Assembly: GCA_946965045.2 (NCBI GenBank)
Contig: OX337228.1
Location: forward strand, 6,882,001 to 6,946,000
Reading direction: 5' to 3'
Length of the DNA stretch: 64,000 bases
DNA from: Epithemia pelagica
Taxonomy: Eukaryota > Protista > Bacillariophyta
The notes beneath the pieces are model-generated. The model was given only the letters and a program-made list of their open reading frames with translations, made no database searches and was not told where the DNA came from. Both the position numbers and the translations under genes were made by a program. Below, in pieces: positions 53,548 to 64,000 of the stretch (positions are counted from its first letter, which is position 1; the number at the start of each line of letters is the position of its first letter).

Positions 53548-53769
53548 TACCCGCTGTATTTAAGTGTTGGGTTGATCGATAACGAGTGGATTAGTGTTTC
53601 GGCTAAAATGTTTCTATATAACATGTAGTGGTAACAATAGCAAGTGGAACATTTGAACATGCACGACAACATTGCTGACTAGTGATTCCTAGGAGTAGTC
53701 GACAATCAGAGAGGATAAATGGTAATTGCTGTTTAAGTGGCTGAAGCTACTTCATGCGCTTCTTTGTGA

Positions 53770-55290
53770 GCTTTCTTGCCTTTCCTACACCAGAGCGACC
53801 CTTCTTTTTCCGGAAACTTGATGGTCCAAATCCATCATCCTATTCGTAGTCGATCTCCCTTGGCGTATTGTCCCTTTCTTATCTTTCTCTCTTTTTCAAA
53901 ACACCACCACCCTCAACTACGCTCTTTAGCACCTTCATACTTGGTTCTCGTTCATTCTGCGAAACCTTCTTATTTCCAGTGGCACTCTTGTATTTTGGTT
54001 TCTTCCGATTGGACAACACATCTTTTTGCGCTATGGTTCATCCTCTCTCATTGTGTCAAATCGCTCCATATGCAGTCGATCGTTGAGTGACCCAGAGAGG
54101 AGAAACCGTGGAATCCTTGCCACGCTTCCTGGATGATATATCGGTCTACTCTTTTTTGTCGCCTGCAAGTCTACTGGGACGCCAGGTATGTGGACGGTGG
54201 AACCATTGTCACGATCCATGGGTATTTGATTTCATGGAGCGACAAGTGGTGCCGCTTGCCAAGACTCTTGCACGTTCCGGATTGCGCATACCTTGTTCTG
54301 TGTGTTTCTCCATTCGGACACGCTTTTCGCTTCGCGCTGCCGTTCCCATGGATCTGCATGAGAGGGATCCTCCTTGTTTTTGACCTCCACATAATTTGGC
54401 CATTCGTTGCTGTCGTCGTTTGCTGTTTGATATCCTCCATGACGGAACATTCATGTTCCAGTGGCTTTGTCCCATACCGTTCGCGAGCGCTTGTTCTTTG
54501 GCAATGGAATTCCTCTCTCCCCCGCGCAAACGTTTCCCATTTCGTCTTGTTCTTTGCTTCTGGAGGAGGCTGGAATGACCACGTACGTTGCGTGAGAGAG
54601 TCGGACACACTGGATCAGAAGACTGTCGTCCAACCACACGTTCGACAACTTACCAGCTGAGCACACGAGGAACTCGACCATCGTCTGGTAGAGGCAGACG
54701 CACCATTTCTCTAGTGTCACTCGTTTCTGGGGGGAATTGCCACACGACCTCTACAACACAAACTGGGCACAACCACCACCATTGGAGGCTTTTGGGAGGA
54801 AACAAGCCTCGTCGTCGACACGGGCAACGTCGAACGCTGGGGTCCACGAGATCAACGTCTTGTGTGTCCGTGGTGTTGGGCTTGGAGGAGTTTGCTGGTT
54901 TTTTTTCTGGTCGATTGACTTGAGCATATCGACGAGGTGCGCAATCATGGCCAACAACCAATTTTTCAAATCCAAACGTGCCAAAGTTTCTCCGTTGGAC
55001 GACAACACGGGCTGTTGGATCTCCGTCTCGTCGACGACAGGATCCTCCTCCACGTCATGCGTTTCATTGGCTATTCCATTGTCATCGATGGAGCTGCTAT
55101 CCGATTCACGTTCCTGTTTTTGTGAAGTTTCAAATGCACGGGCACTTTCTTGATCGTCCTTGACAGCAAGGCCGTCGTGGCATTCTGAACCATCAGTTTC
55201 TAATATAGTTCATCCACATTGGTTGTCACAGCAACCTTATGGGACGCCAATTCCTGTGGAGAATGAATCCGTCTTGAATAGCAATTCCTT
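53770..55290 (-). pseudogene. Pseudogene of unknown gene X, copy B
   Basis: ..ETLARLDLKNWLLAMIAHLVDMLKSID..FLPKASNGGGCAQF.. followed by a frameshift and stops. Confidence 0.5.
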
Positions 55291-55977
55291 GCACCATGAT
55301 ACGAGTATTCGAGATATTACACTCAAGTCCAACGAACCATGGAGGAGTCGACCAAACTGATGGAGCGAGAAAAAGATATCCGTACGTGTCTTGTCTAATA
55401 GAGTACGGGTTATTCTAGCTAGAGGAAGACCACAGAAACTACCTATACTATGTTGTCGTATCGTCGACGATGAGCTTTTGTTCGAACCTGCGCGCCCACG
55501 CGAGGCGGTCCGGTGCGCGAAATGTGTGACCAAAACTGGGTACCCTAGAGGGCATAACGTATTGTAGGTGCCCTATGGAATCGTCTCGATAAGGAGTACA
55601 CCTCCGTGTGGTTGATTCACACACAAGACTCAATCTATCATGACTAGTTCTCTCTAGGCATGCGATAGGAGGCGCCATAATAGTCTCTCGAATGCCCACA
55701 AGCTACCTATTAGTCTCCTATAGTCTAAAGCCACGATGGTGTGGGATGGATTCCCCTTGTGTGTGTGTGTGTGTGTGTGATGATTGAATTCTCTGTGGTT
55801 ATACTGTTACACTGTGCTGCTAGATACACTCCATGGCTGGTTCCCAGCTCCATTTGTTGGTTCCATCCCGTTTCGTTCCCCAGGGTCCGTAGTCTTTTAT
55901 TTCCCAGATTGCGCCCATGTATAAGAGGGGGTGGTGTCATTTCCTCGTTGTCATCGTATTATTTATAAAGAATGATT

Positions 55978-58305
55978 TTAGACCAATGGCGCCTGGTCGA
56001 GGTTGTTACTGCTCGGATGTGAGGATGCATTGGAAAGACTGGACACGACGACGCGAGTTGGCAGTTCTCCGGCATCGTCTTCAATAATGACAAAGCCATG
56101 GGGAACACGGGCATGAGCCAAGGCGGCCGCCATGGCGGCGGCAGGACTTTCCATGACCACTTCAACGGAATTTTGTTGAATGACCGGAATGGGTGTATGC
56201 GGCAAGGTACTCCTTGTGTTGTTGTTGTTCTTGTTCTTGCTGTTGCGAGAACAGGTTGCCACGGAATATCCGGATTGGGGTGTGCCAGTGGGATCGCCCA
56301 CGGCAAAGTATCGGCCCCATCCCAAGCGACGGAAAAAGGATGTGTTGGTGTTTGAGTTGGTAGTATTGTTGGAGTTGTTGTTGTTGTTGCTGTTGCTGGT
56401 GGCTTGGTTATTGGCCGACGTGACGTTGCGAGACGACGAGACTTTGAAGGTGGAAGGATTGCGACTACTACTGGCTTCCGGCGGACTAGTACTGTTGAGA
56501 ATGGCACTGTCTCGGCCACGAGACGCACTTCGCGAGGTTCCTCGACCTCGTGAAGAAGATGCCTGACGAGACGCACTTTGGGAACGGGGACGGGTGGCAG
56601 TCTTGGCCGAAGCCGATTTGTGGTTGGACGAAGATGTTCCGTTGCGACCTCGCGAGATGCTGCGAGCATTGCGTTTCTTGGCATCGGCCCCAGCAGCAGC
56701 TGCTCCTCCTTTGAGTGCTGCGGATCGGCCTCGAGAGACACTGCGCCCTGATCGAGTCGTAGATGGTTTCTTGTTGTTGGTAGCCGTTCGTCCCCGGGAG
56801 GCACTGCGGGCTCGTGTGGGAGTTGCCGCTCGACCCGAACGTCCCCGTGAAGTGGATCGCTTCTTGGTGGTATTCTTGGGGGCCTTTTGGGTGTTGTTGT
56901 TCTTGTTCTTGTTGTGGTTGTGGTCGTCCATGGCCAAGACGACAGCTCCTGCTGCGGCGGCAGTAACCCCAACGGCCGTGGCGGCTCCCATCCCGGTAGG
57001 AGCAGCAGCCGCATCTTCCTTGTTGTGGCGGTTGTGGTTGGTGTTGGTCGGTGTCGTGGATTCCACTCCTCGTGATTTCCGACGCGACGACGGAGTCGTG
57101 GATCGTTTGGGGGTGGACGATCGGACCAGTTTGGACGGAGAAGTTCGTCCCGACCGCCGCGGCGAAGTCGTCGTTGTCTTGTCGGGTGGTCGACCGGTCC
57201 GACTCACATATTCCAGTTCTTGTTCGACTTCGTGGGCTTCATGTTGCGGTTGCGAATGGTCCTGGACGAGCAAGACAGGTTTGCTGCTTGCCGTGGTTTC
57301 TTCGGGATAGACGAGCTTGGTGTAGTACGAATTGGATTTTCGAGTGTGATGATGATTGTTTTGAATGCGGGGCGTCGACTGCGTCGTGGTGGTGGTCTTG
57401 GACTTGCGCGACGGTTGTGAACTTGGGGATCGGGTTTGCGGATAGGGCTGCTGGAGGTTCGGGTGGGTGTGGTGCGTAACGACGCGGCGACTGGGGGACG
57501 CCGTACGACCCGTGGGAGTCCGAGATCGACCATGCGATGGATGATGGTGGTTTCGATGAGAGGCTTGTTGTTGTTGTTCAGCTTGATCCAAGGTACTGAC
57601 ATTCCAGGCCATTGGCGAGGACGGTGAGGATGCATGCCGACTGTGATAGGGACTCTTGGATCGTCGTTGTCGTGGATCGCTGCCAGACTCGACTCCTCCA
57701 CGTCGTCGCGAACCAGAAGATGCGGGCATGAGGACTTGAACGGGATCCCAGGTACTACATTCTTCCGTCAAATCTTCTTCGGCCAAGCGTTGTTGCAGGG
57801 GATGGAACCGATCTTGCAAATAGACTTCGGGATATTGATCGGCATTTGTCAAGGTATCATCAAAACTTTGATTCGAATTGGCCTGGTGCTGGTATGGTTG
57901 TTGCTGTGCGGCGGCCCATTGCGCTTGTTGCTGGGCCAATTGTTGCTGTTGCTGTTGCTGTTGTTTGTATTCCTGATACTGGTCGACCAAGTATTGATCG
58001 TCCTTTTGATAGTGTTGCACATCATAGGCCTCGTCTCGTTGCATTCGAGGCGTGTTGCGACTGGAGGATGGCGGGTGTGGTGGTTGTTGTGGTGGTTGTC
58101 GATACTCGTCCTGTTCCGCTGCTGGATGATTCAGAACGGGTGGTGCTACGGCGACGGTGGACGAGTATCGATCCATTCCACCATAGCCGGGAGGAGGAGG
58201 AGGAGCACCACCGCCAGCCTCGGGTGCTTTGTACCGAGGAGCATACCCCATGGTGGTGGTCGGGTCCGGACCCTCGTACGGCTGCTGCTGCTGGTGCGTC
58301 CTCAT
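55978..58305 (-). CDS. Long disordered Q/H/S/R-rich orphan protein with RSxSRGR repeats
   Basis: ORF of ~775 codons from the first ATG, with six SRGR motifs and no recognisable folded domain. Confidence 0.65.
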   Translation of the reverse strand: MRTHQQQQPYEGPDPTTTMGYAPRYKAPEAGGGAPPPPPGYGGMDRYSSTVAVAPPVLNHPAAEQDEYRQPPQQPPHPPSSSRNTPRMQRDEAYDVQHYQKDDQYLVDQYQEYKQQQQQQQQLAQQQAQWAAAQQQPYQHQANSNQSFDDTLTNADQYPEVYLQDRFHPLQQRLAEEDLTEECSTWDPVQVLMPASSGSRRRGGVESGSDPRQRRSKSPYHSRHASSPSSPMAWNVSTLDQAEQQQQASHRNHHHPSHGRSRTPTGRTASPSRRVVTHHTHPNLQQPYPQTRSPSSQPSRKSKTTTTTQSTPRIQNNHHHTRKSNSYYTKLVYPEETTASSKPVLLVQDHSQPQHEAHEVEQELEYVSRTGRPPDKTTTTSPRRSGRTSPSKLVRSSTPKRSTTPSSRRKSRGVESTTPTNTNHNRHNKEDAAAAPTGMGAATAVGVTAAAAGAVVLAMDDHNHNKNKNNNTQKAPKNTTKKRSTSRGRSGRAATPTRARSASRGRTATNNKKPSTTRSGRSVSRGRSAALKGGAAAAGADAKKRNARSISRGRNGTSSSNHKSASAKTATRPRSQSASRQASSSRGRGTSRSASRGRDSAILNSTSPPEASSSRNPSTFKVSSSRNVTSANNQATSNSNNNNNSNNTTNSNTNTSFFRRLGWGRYFAVGDPTGTPQSGYSVATCSRNSKNKNNNNTRSTLPHTPIPVIQQNSVEVVMESPAAAMAAALAHARVPHGFVIIEDDAGELPTRVVVSSLSNASSHPSSNNLDQAPLV

Positions 58306-59072
58306 ATGATGGTGTTGTTTCCTTGGCAACTCCCACAACGAACAAGAGATCAAAGAGTGATAGTGAAAACGAACGACGATATCAACACTCTATTAATTGG
58401 TCTTTTCCTCCTCTCGTGTTATGTTGTGTGTATGTTGTGCCAATCCGTTGTCCCATCTCTACTAGCTAGAGAGAGAATAAGATGCGTTGGACGGGAACGA
58501 GTGTGGTCTAAGTAACATCATGAGGAGTGCGCCATGGTTCGGCCGGACGTATCGACGTCGGGTTGCGAAGGTGCGCCGTGCACCTCTGTCCCATGGTCCA
58601 TTCCGAATTATTGTGAGATGGAGGACGGTGGGGCAACGGATACTTAGAGGATCCCGAGGTTCCTATCTATTCCTCGTTTTGCTAACTATCCCTCTTGGCT
58701 CCGTTGGCAGAACGGAATTCCGAGTCGTTGCGACTCCCGAGAACCCTGGGCCGGCGTGCCCTCGAAAACTATGTGTGCTAGCGGTGCTATCCAAAGATTC
58801 CTCCCCCTCTATGTTGGGGAACATGGATCGATCGACCATGACACACTCGAGTGCAATGCGGTTCCATCGTTTTCATGAAGCACGGGGATCTTAACACTCA
58901 CTGAATAGTACTCCATCTGGATCAAGAAGTCACCATGTCGTATGGGAGAGAGACAGAAACTCCACACAAGAGTCTACTTTACTCGCGACTTGAGATTCAA
59001 ACCATGGTGATCTCTATTCTAGATTGGACGGATTTCGGTCCCGAATGCATCCTTTGAATGCTGGAGCATTCA

Positions 59073-59790
59073 GGGAAACGCCTCTTGGTGAGGGTCCAAC
59101 ACACTAGGTATAGAAATGTAATATGAATCTAGAGAGACGAAGGATCTTTAGATGGATCCGTCATCCCCGCCGTCCCCTGTAATGTGTGCGCTAGTGTTTG
59201 TGCAAATTTCTGGGAACCTTTTTTGTCGCTCTGAGAATTGGGTCGGCCGTGTGGCTGTAGTACCTAGTTCCATCTCTCGATCAAGATCACCAGTGATCCA
59301 CGTTGCATGGGAAACTCCCAAGAGTCTCTTATACCCTCGACTACTACTACTCGATTCATGTCCATGGTGATGGTTGCGTTTGTCTAATACCTAGTGCGTA
59401 ACCTATGCAGATTGGGTGGTTGAACGCTGCAGCTAAATGGGAAACGCCTCTTGGTGTGAGCGTCTAACGAACTATGTACGAATGTATTATGAATCTGGAG
59501 AGAAGAAGAATCTACCTAGATGGGTCCTGTATCCGTCTTCCACAGGCCGTCCCCTGGAATGTATATGCTTGTGTTGGCGTGTTTGTGCAGACTATGGAAC
59601 CTTGTAGTAGATGTCGTTTGGGGAATCGGGTCGGCCCTTTTTTGGCTTTGGTGGCCAAGAAGAAGAATCTAGATGGGCCCTGGATCCGTCGGTCCGTGCC
59701 GTCCCCTGTGTGTTTTTGTCTTTCGAGTTGGGAGCCTTGACTGTCGTTGGGGAATCGGGTCGGTCGTTTTTGGCTTTCTTTTCTAGCAAG
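59073..59790. repeat. Degenerate, locally repeated modules in the intergenic region
   Basis: Exact 18-mer GGGAAACGCCTCTTGGTG at 59073 and 59439. GAA(G/G)ATCT..TAGATGG..CCGTCCCCTG at ~59140, ~59500 and ~59660. G(G/A)GAAT(C/T)GGGTCGG at ~59235, ~59620 and ~59750. Confidence 0.7.
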
Positions 59791-61845
59791 TTAGGTGGCC
59801 GAGGATACGGAAAAATCCACCACGGACGACGATTCCAAGACGACGGTTCCCGTGTAATGGTCGGAATATCGCAAAAACAAGGTTTCAATGCCCGATTCCA
59901 TGCGATCTTGATGCTGCAAAAAGCTTTCAAGTTTCGACGCAGATTTCCTCGGCGGAGAGGAGGAGGAGGAGGATGGAGCATTCGTGTCGCGTGCGTCGTC
60001 TGGTTCTTTGGGTTTGGACGAATGGTCCAAGACGGTGGCGTCCCGTTCTTCAGCGACAGCGGCCGCGGTTTGTTCTCGGGGAGCCACGGCGTACTTGTCG
60101 AGTTGTACCAGCGTGTTCTTCGTCTTCTTGTTGTTCTTGTGGATCTTCTTGTCCACCAGCGAGTTTGGTGCCGAACAAGCGACTGGTTCCAACAGATTGT
60201 CTTCGTCGTCCTCCCTGTCGTGTGGAAACTCCTCTTCCAGAGTGGTATTATGGGAGGCACACACTTCCAAGACTGTACTACTAGGAGCTGCCGTGTCGGT
60301 TCCTTGTACCAACAAATCAGCCGATGACATGGGCGTCAAGAGACTCAACATTTCATTGGGAAACAAGAGAGAGGTCAAGGTGGAGGAGGACGAAAAGACA
60401 CTTTGGTTGTCGTCCTTATCGTTGTGGTTGGCTGTCGGATAGCGACTGGCAATGGGAATAATGGGCAATCGTTCTCGGAACCATCGCTTCTTGGTGAGAG
60501 CGGTAGTACGGTTGTTATTGTTGTTCTTGGTATTGTTGTTCTTGGTTTTGTGGATGGGTTTCCCATTCTTGTGGTTGTTGCTAGTGTTTGGATTTGGAGT
60601 TGCTTTGTGATGGGTGGACGGGTACTTGGGCGGACGGGATGGGACAACAACCGGAGATACTGCTACTGGTGGCTCTGCCATTCGGGCAGAACCTTGTTCT
60701 AGCATGGGACTAGAGGACCGACGCATCATTGCAACACCACCCTTTTGTTTGTTGCTGCTATGATTGTGGTTCTTGGTTGGAGGAGGACCTCGTGCACTAC
60801 TTGGTGATGGAAATCCTCCATATCCCGAACAAGGACATGCCGGAGAGTCCAATTCGTGGGGTTTTGGGTGGTTTCGACCTTGTTGTCGTCGCCTCGAGGA
60901 TGCGCTCGTACTGCTACTGTTTCCTTCCAAAGACGATCGACGACTCGGTCGGGGCTTGTTGCTGGTGTGGCTACGAGTTCCATCGGCCGAAGAGGAGGCA
61001 TAGGATGCCATGGAGGATCTTCTGTGTCTTGTTGATGGTGGTGGTGGTGGTGGTGCTGTGTTTCTCTGTGGTGCCTTGTCTTGTGCATGTTCTTGTTGTT
61101 GTTGCCGATGCATCCTAGAAGAGGAACTACACGAAGACGATCGTCGTCGTCGTGCAGGATTCTCGTGAGGCATGGCTGCTACCGGATCTTTGTGTTCTTC
61201 TGGTTGGTGGTCTTGTTGAGGATTATAAGGATAGGGGTGTCCCTCGTGTGGGGGTTCCCTTTCACGCTCCTCTTGTCGGAGAACTTTGTCCTGTCTTTGC
61301 TGGTACTGTTGATATTGTTGTTGTTCCTCCCACGACGAGGGATGTGGTGTTTCAATCATAATTACCGGTGGGGGAATGACGCCATTGTGACTGGAGCTTC
61401 GCACGGGAGGAATTCGTTCGGCTGGTTCGACAATTCTCAAGGCCCGTGGCACTCCTACTCCTGCTGCTGCTCCAAAGGATCCCTTGAAACGTCTCAGGGG
61501 AGCAGTGGGACCGTTGGGTTGCTGTTGTTGTTGTTGCTGCGCATGTTGCAGTTGTGATTTGGAGGAGACGCGCCGTTTGAGACGGTGATACTTGTTGGGA
61601 GCCTTGGGATTGCTCGCATACCAGACCGAAGGTGCATCTGCTTCCTTCTCCATTCGCAGCTTCTTGTCGTTGTCGTCGTTGCGGCTGTCGTTTTCGGTAG
61701 GAAGTATGACCACCTCGGCTGTAGTAGTACCAACAATGGTTGTGGCAGCGGTCGTGGGAGCCGTCGTCGTTGTTCGGGGAGCAGTATCCTTGGTGTTATC
61801 CTTGGTGTTATCCTTGGTGTTGGTATTGTGGGTGTTTCTCACCAT
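59791..61845 (-). CDS. Long disordered Q/P/S/N-rich orphan protein (684 aa)
   Basis: Uninterrupted ORF from ATG 61845. A 12-bp tandem repeat at ~61786-61822 encodes NTKD x3. Confidence 0.6.
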   Translation of the reverse strand: MVRNTHNTNTKDNTKDNTKDTAPRTTTTAPTTAATTIVGTTTAEVVILPTENDSRNDDNDKKLRMEKEADAPSVWYASNPKAPNKYHRLKRRVSSKSQLQHAQQQQQQQPNGPTAPLRRFKGSFGAAAGVGVPRALRIVEPAERIPPVRSSSHNGVIPPPVIMIETPHPSSWEEQQQYQQYQQRQDKVLRQEEREREPPHEGHPYPYNPQQDHQPEEHKDPVAAMPHENPARRRRSSSCSSSSRMHRQQQQEHAQDKAPQRNTAPPPPPPSTRHRRSSMASYASSSADGTRSHTSNKPRPSRRSSLEGNSSSTSASSRRRQQGRNHPKPHELDSPACPCSGYGGFPSPSSARGPPPTKNHNHSSNKQKGGVAMMRRSSSPMLEQGSARMAEPPVAVSPVVVPSRPPKYPSTHHKATPNPNTSNNHKNGKPIHKTKNNNTKNNNNNRTTALTKKRWFRERLPIIPIASRYPTANHNDKDDNQSVFSSSSTLTSLLFPNEMLSLLTPMSSADLLVQGTDTAAPSSTVLEVCASHNTTLEEEFPHDREDDEDNLLEPVACSAPNSLVDKKIHKNNKKTKNTLVQLDKYAVAPREQTAAAVAEERDATVLDHSSKPKEPDDARDTNAPSSSSSSPPRKSASKLESFLQHQDRMESGIETLFLRYSDHYTGTVVLESSSVVDFSVSSAT

Positions 61846-63549
61846 TCTGTGATGGACTCAATGGTATTCTGAACTGGGAGGAGGAGGAAGAGAAGAGAAT
61901 CACTCTCGTTCCTCAGCAGTCTCCTTGTTTCTTATGGACTCCTATAATATGTACATACAGCAGATAGAAAAGAGTGGCGTAGTGTCTCATTTTTCTCAAT
62001 GCTGTTTCGGCTCATCCATTTCATCAGTTGAGAGCAGACAATGGTTCACGGCGCATCTAAGGTAGGATGTTGTTCGCCTATGTGTCTTTCTCAACGCGTC
62101 CTCTCGACTTGAGTAGTTAGAGGAAAATGGATGGGATGCGCACCATGGTTGCGTACCGAAAAAACGTCTCTACGTATCTTTGTCTTGGTGCATAGGATTC
62201 CGCTCATGCGTTGAAGCGTTACAGTGGCGCACTGGGACTTGAATGGAGCATGACCAACGTCTTTTTGGTGGTTCAACGGATGAGATGGGGGATGTCGTGT
62301 TTGCACGTTGTTTGGTGTGTCGGTGGTTTGTCTGTCTATACTGACTCGATGCGAGACCAAAGAAACAAGTCACTTTACATTATAGTAGTAGAACGACGAA
62401 CCGAAGGATGATGAGTCTTTGTGGTTGCGCTGTCTAGTTTGTGAGACGAAAGGATCAAGTCTCTATACAATTAGATGCTAAAGGAGTTGTAGGAACTACG
62501 ATCCGACCACGGTTTTACGCTCAACGAGTGGCTATATGGATGATTACTGATTGTTAGTCTCTCTCAAAGGGAGCGACACAAAGAGGGAATCGCCTTTCAC
62601 GCATGCGTCCGAGTCCAAGGGAAAGAACGTCTCCTCTTGAACGAATGGTGGTGTATGTCTGTACTCGTATGTATACCCATTTCCCCGAGAAGTGTCGCCT
62701 GGCGTTCCAGATCCGTTGGCCTATTGACTGATAAATCGGAATTGGCGTTGAGGATCCGCTGGCTGTATTTGATAAACAACAAATCGGAAGCTGTGCGTTG
62801 AGAATCCGTCTACTTGTTCTTTGAAAGGTAACAATTCGGAAGCTCGGCGTACGTCTTACGTCGAAGTACTTCTGTCACTCCTTTTCTCACATACATAGAA
62901 AGCATTTGGTCTTTGTCGTGTACGAGCTCCATCAATCGATATGGGTAACCGTAGTGGCCCGTGCTTTTCATACCCCCACTGTTTTTTCTACAGTGATTCT
63001 AACTTCGTAGGGACACCACTACGGTCATTTTGCACTGCGTAACACCACCATGACACACTCAAGCCGGTGTGCACCTCCAACGAAAGGTGCCAGCTCTCTT
63101 GCGACCATCAAGGATGCCTAAGAATCAAGTGTACCGTGAGGGAATGGGCGGGCAGGGATGAGTTGGCTTTTTTTATGGACCGACGGCAAGATTTTGAAGT
63201 CTTCCTTATTTGGCATCCGAAACAGAGGAAGTGACCTTGAGAAGAAGACGACGACAACCGATAGAATGCATCCAGCAAGTCACCGATCATACGTCCGCAT
63301 GCAGCAATCAACTCCTCGTCACTTAATAGACCGAGCACAACATTGGAAAGCCTCGACCGTTGGTGGCTCAAACGCAACAAAGCTGATTTGTCCAGACAAA
63401 ACAAACGTGAACCGTGGGTGGAAGGACTGCTTCTACTGCGACAGACGATGGTGGTGCCGGTGGTGCGGCTGATTCCCACAGCACAATTTGAGTGGAAGAA
63501 GGAGGGGATGCCATGAAGCTGATGGGCGGTGGTCGAAGAGCCTTGCGAG

Positions 63550-64000
63550 TCGACAAGACTCGGCAACAACAACAACAACCCAAAACCCAAACACAACAAT
63601 CAACTTCTCACTCCTCGCTGCCACCGAACGAACAACAACAACACTCGGCAACAACACTCGACAACGACACTCGGCGGCAAGACTCGGCGACAAGATGGTG
63701 TGGTCGTCCTCCTTCTTCTACCGTGCGACGAAACAATCAACTCCTCGTCTTTTCGTTGCCCTCACCCAACAAATCGAAGCCTCGTCCACTGGTGGTAACA
63801 AGCGACGACAACGACAACCACAAGCGGCTCAACTACAAATGGCGAAACAATCGACGACGATGTCACAGCTGATCGATCGAATGAACGAACGAAAGAACGA
63901 ACGAATGAACGACAACAACAACACTCGGCGACAACAAAAATCCAAACACAACAATCAACTACTCACCGCCACTGATCGAACGAACGAACGAACGAATGAA
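63550..64000. repeat. Degenerate simple-repeat tract (CAA, GAAC, ACACTCGGC) with a recurring module
   Basis: CCAAACACAACAATCAACT at 63587 and 63942, several ACACTCG(G/A) units, and (GAAC)n at the window edge. Confidence 0.7.

Larger units (their letters stand above)
48648..55653. repeat. ~7-kb segmental duplication, copy B
   Basis: Direct repeat of 38058-45024. Confidence 0.95.

Noticed and set aside
1540-61830. Scattered microsatellites ((CAA)n, (GAC)n, (GA)n, (GT)n, (TGGA)n, (GAA)n)
   Set aside because: They are ordinary for this genome type and mostly encode poly-Q/N/T/E tracts or lie in introns and UTRs.
63860-64000. (GAAC)n tract as a telomere
   Set aside because: It is irregular, interrupted and not a TTAGGG-type repeat.

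Overview
Gene-dense eukaryotic nuclear DNA, most likely from a pennate diatom. This is inferred from short GT-AG introns, bipartite plastid presequences with a Phe just after the signal cleavage site, and the gene repertoire. Bases ~1-37,000 are an ordinary single-copy gene cluster: plastid EngB GTPase (cut by the window edge), SF1/BBP, PCF11, plastid ClpS, an NHE/NHX exchanger, an ELM2/SANT/PHD protein, two head-to-head mu-homology-domain proteins, eIF4E, a lumenal PsbQ-like protein, a SAP-domain protein, asparagine synthetase, HST, a CHCH protein, RPN7, a PhyH-type dioxygenase, RPSA, plastid RimM and several orphans. Bases ~37,100-55,650 are a rearranged mosaic. A ~7-kb block is present twice in direct orientation (38,058-45,024 and 48,648-55,653), and the SF1-EngB pair from the left edge reappears inverted (46,107-49,403). 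Almost every gene in the mosaic is damaged, but each 7-kb copy carries an intact 306-aa orphan ORF (TM, coiled coil, RRSARL tail). Each ORF is followed by an array of 76-bp units that fold into two hairpins on the + strand, with G.U pairs, compensatory changes and a C(UUCG)G loop. That ORF plus hairpin array is the most unusual thing in the window. Bases ~55,900-64,000 hold two long disordered-protein ORFs and degenerate repeats. No rRNA, tRNA, CRISPR array, transposase or reverse transcriptase was recognised. All calls come from reading the sequence by eye; no searches or folding programs were run.
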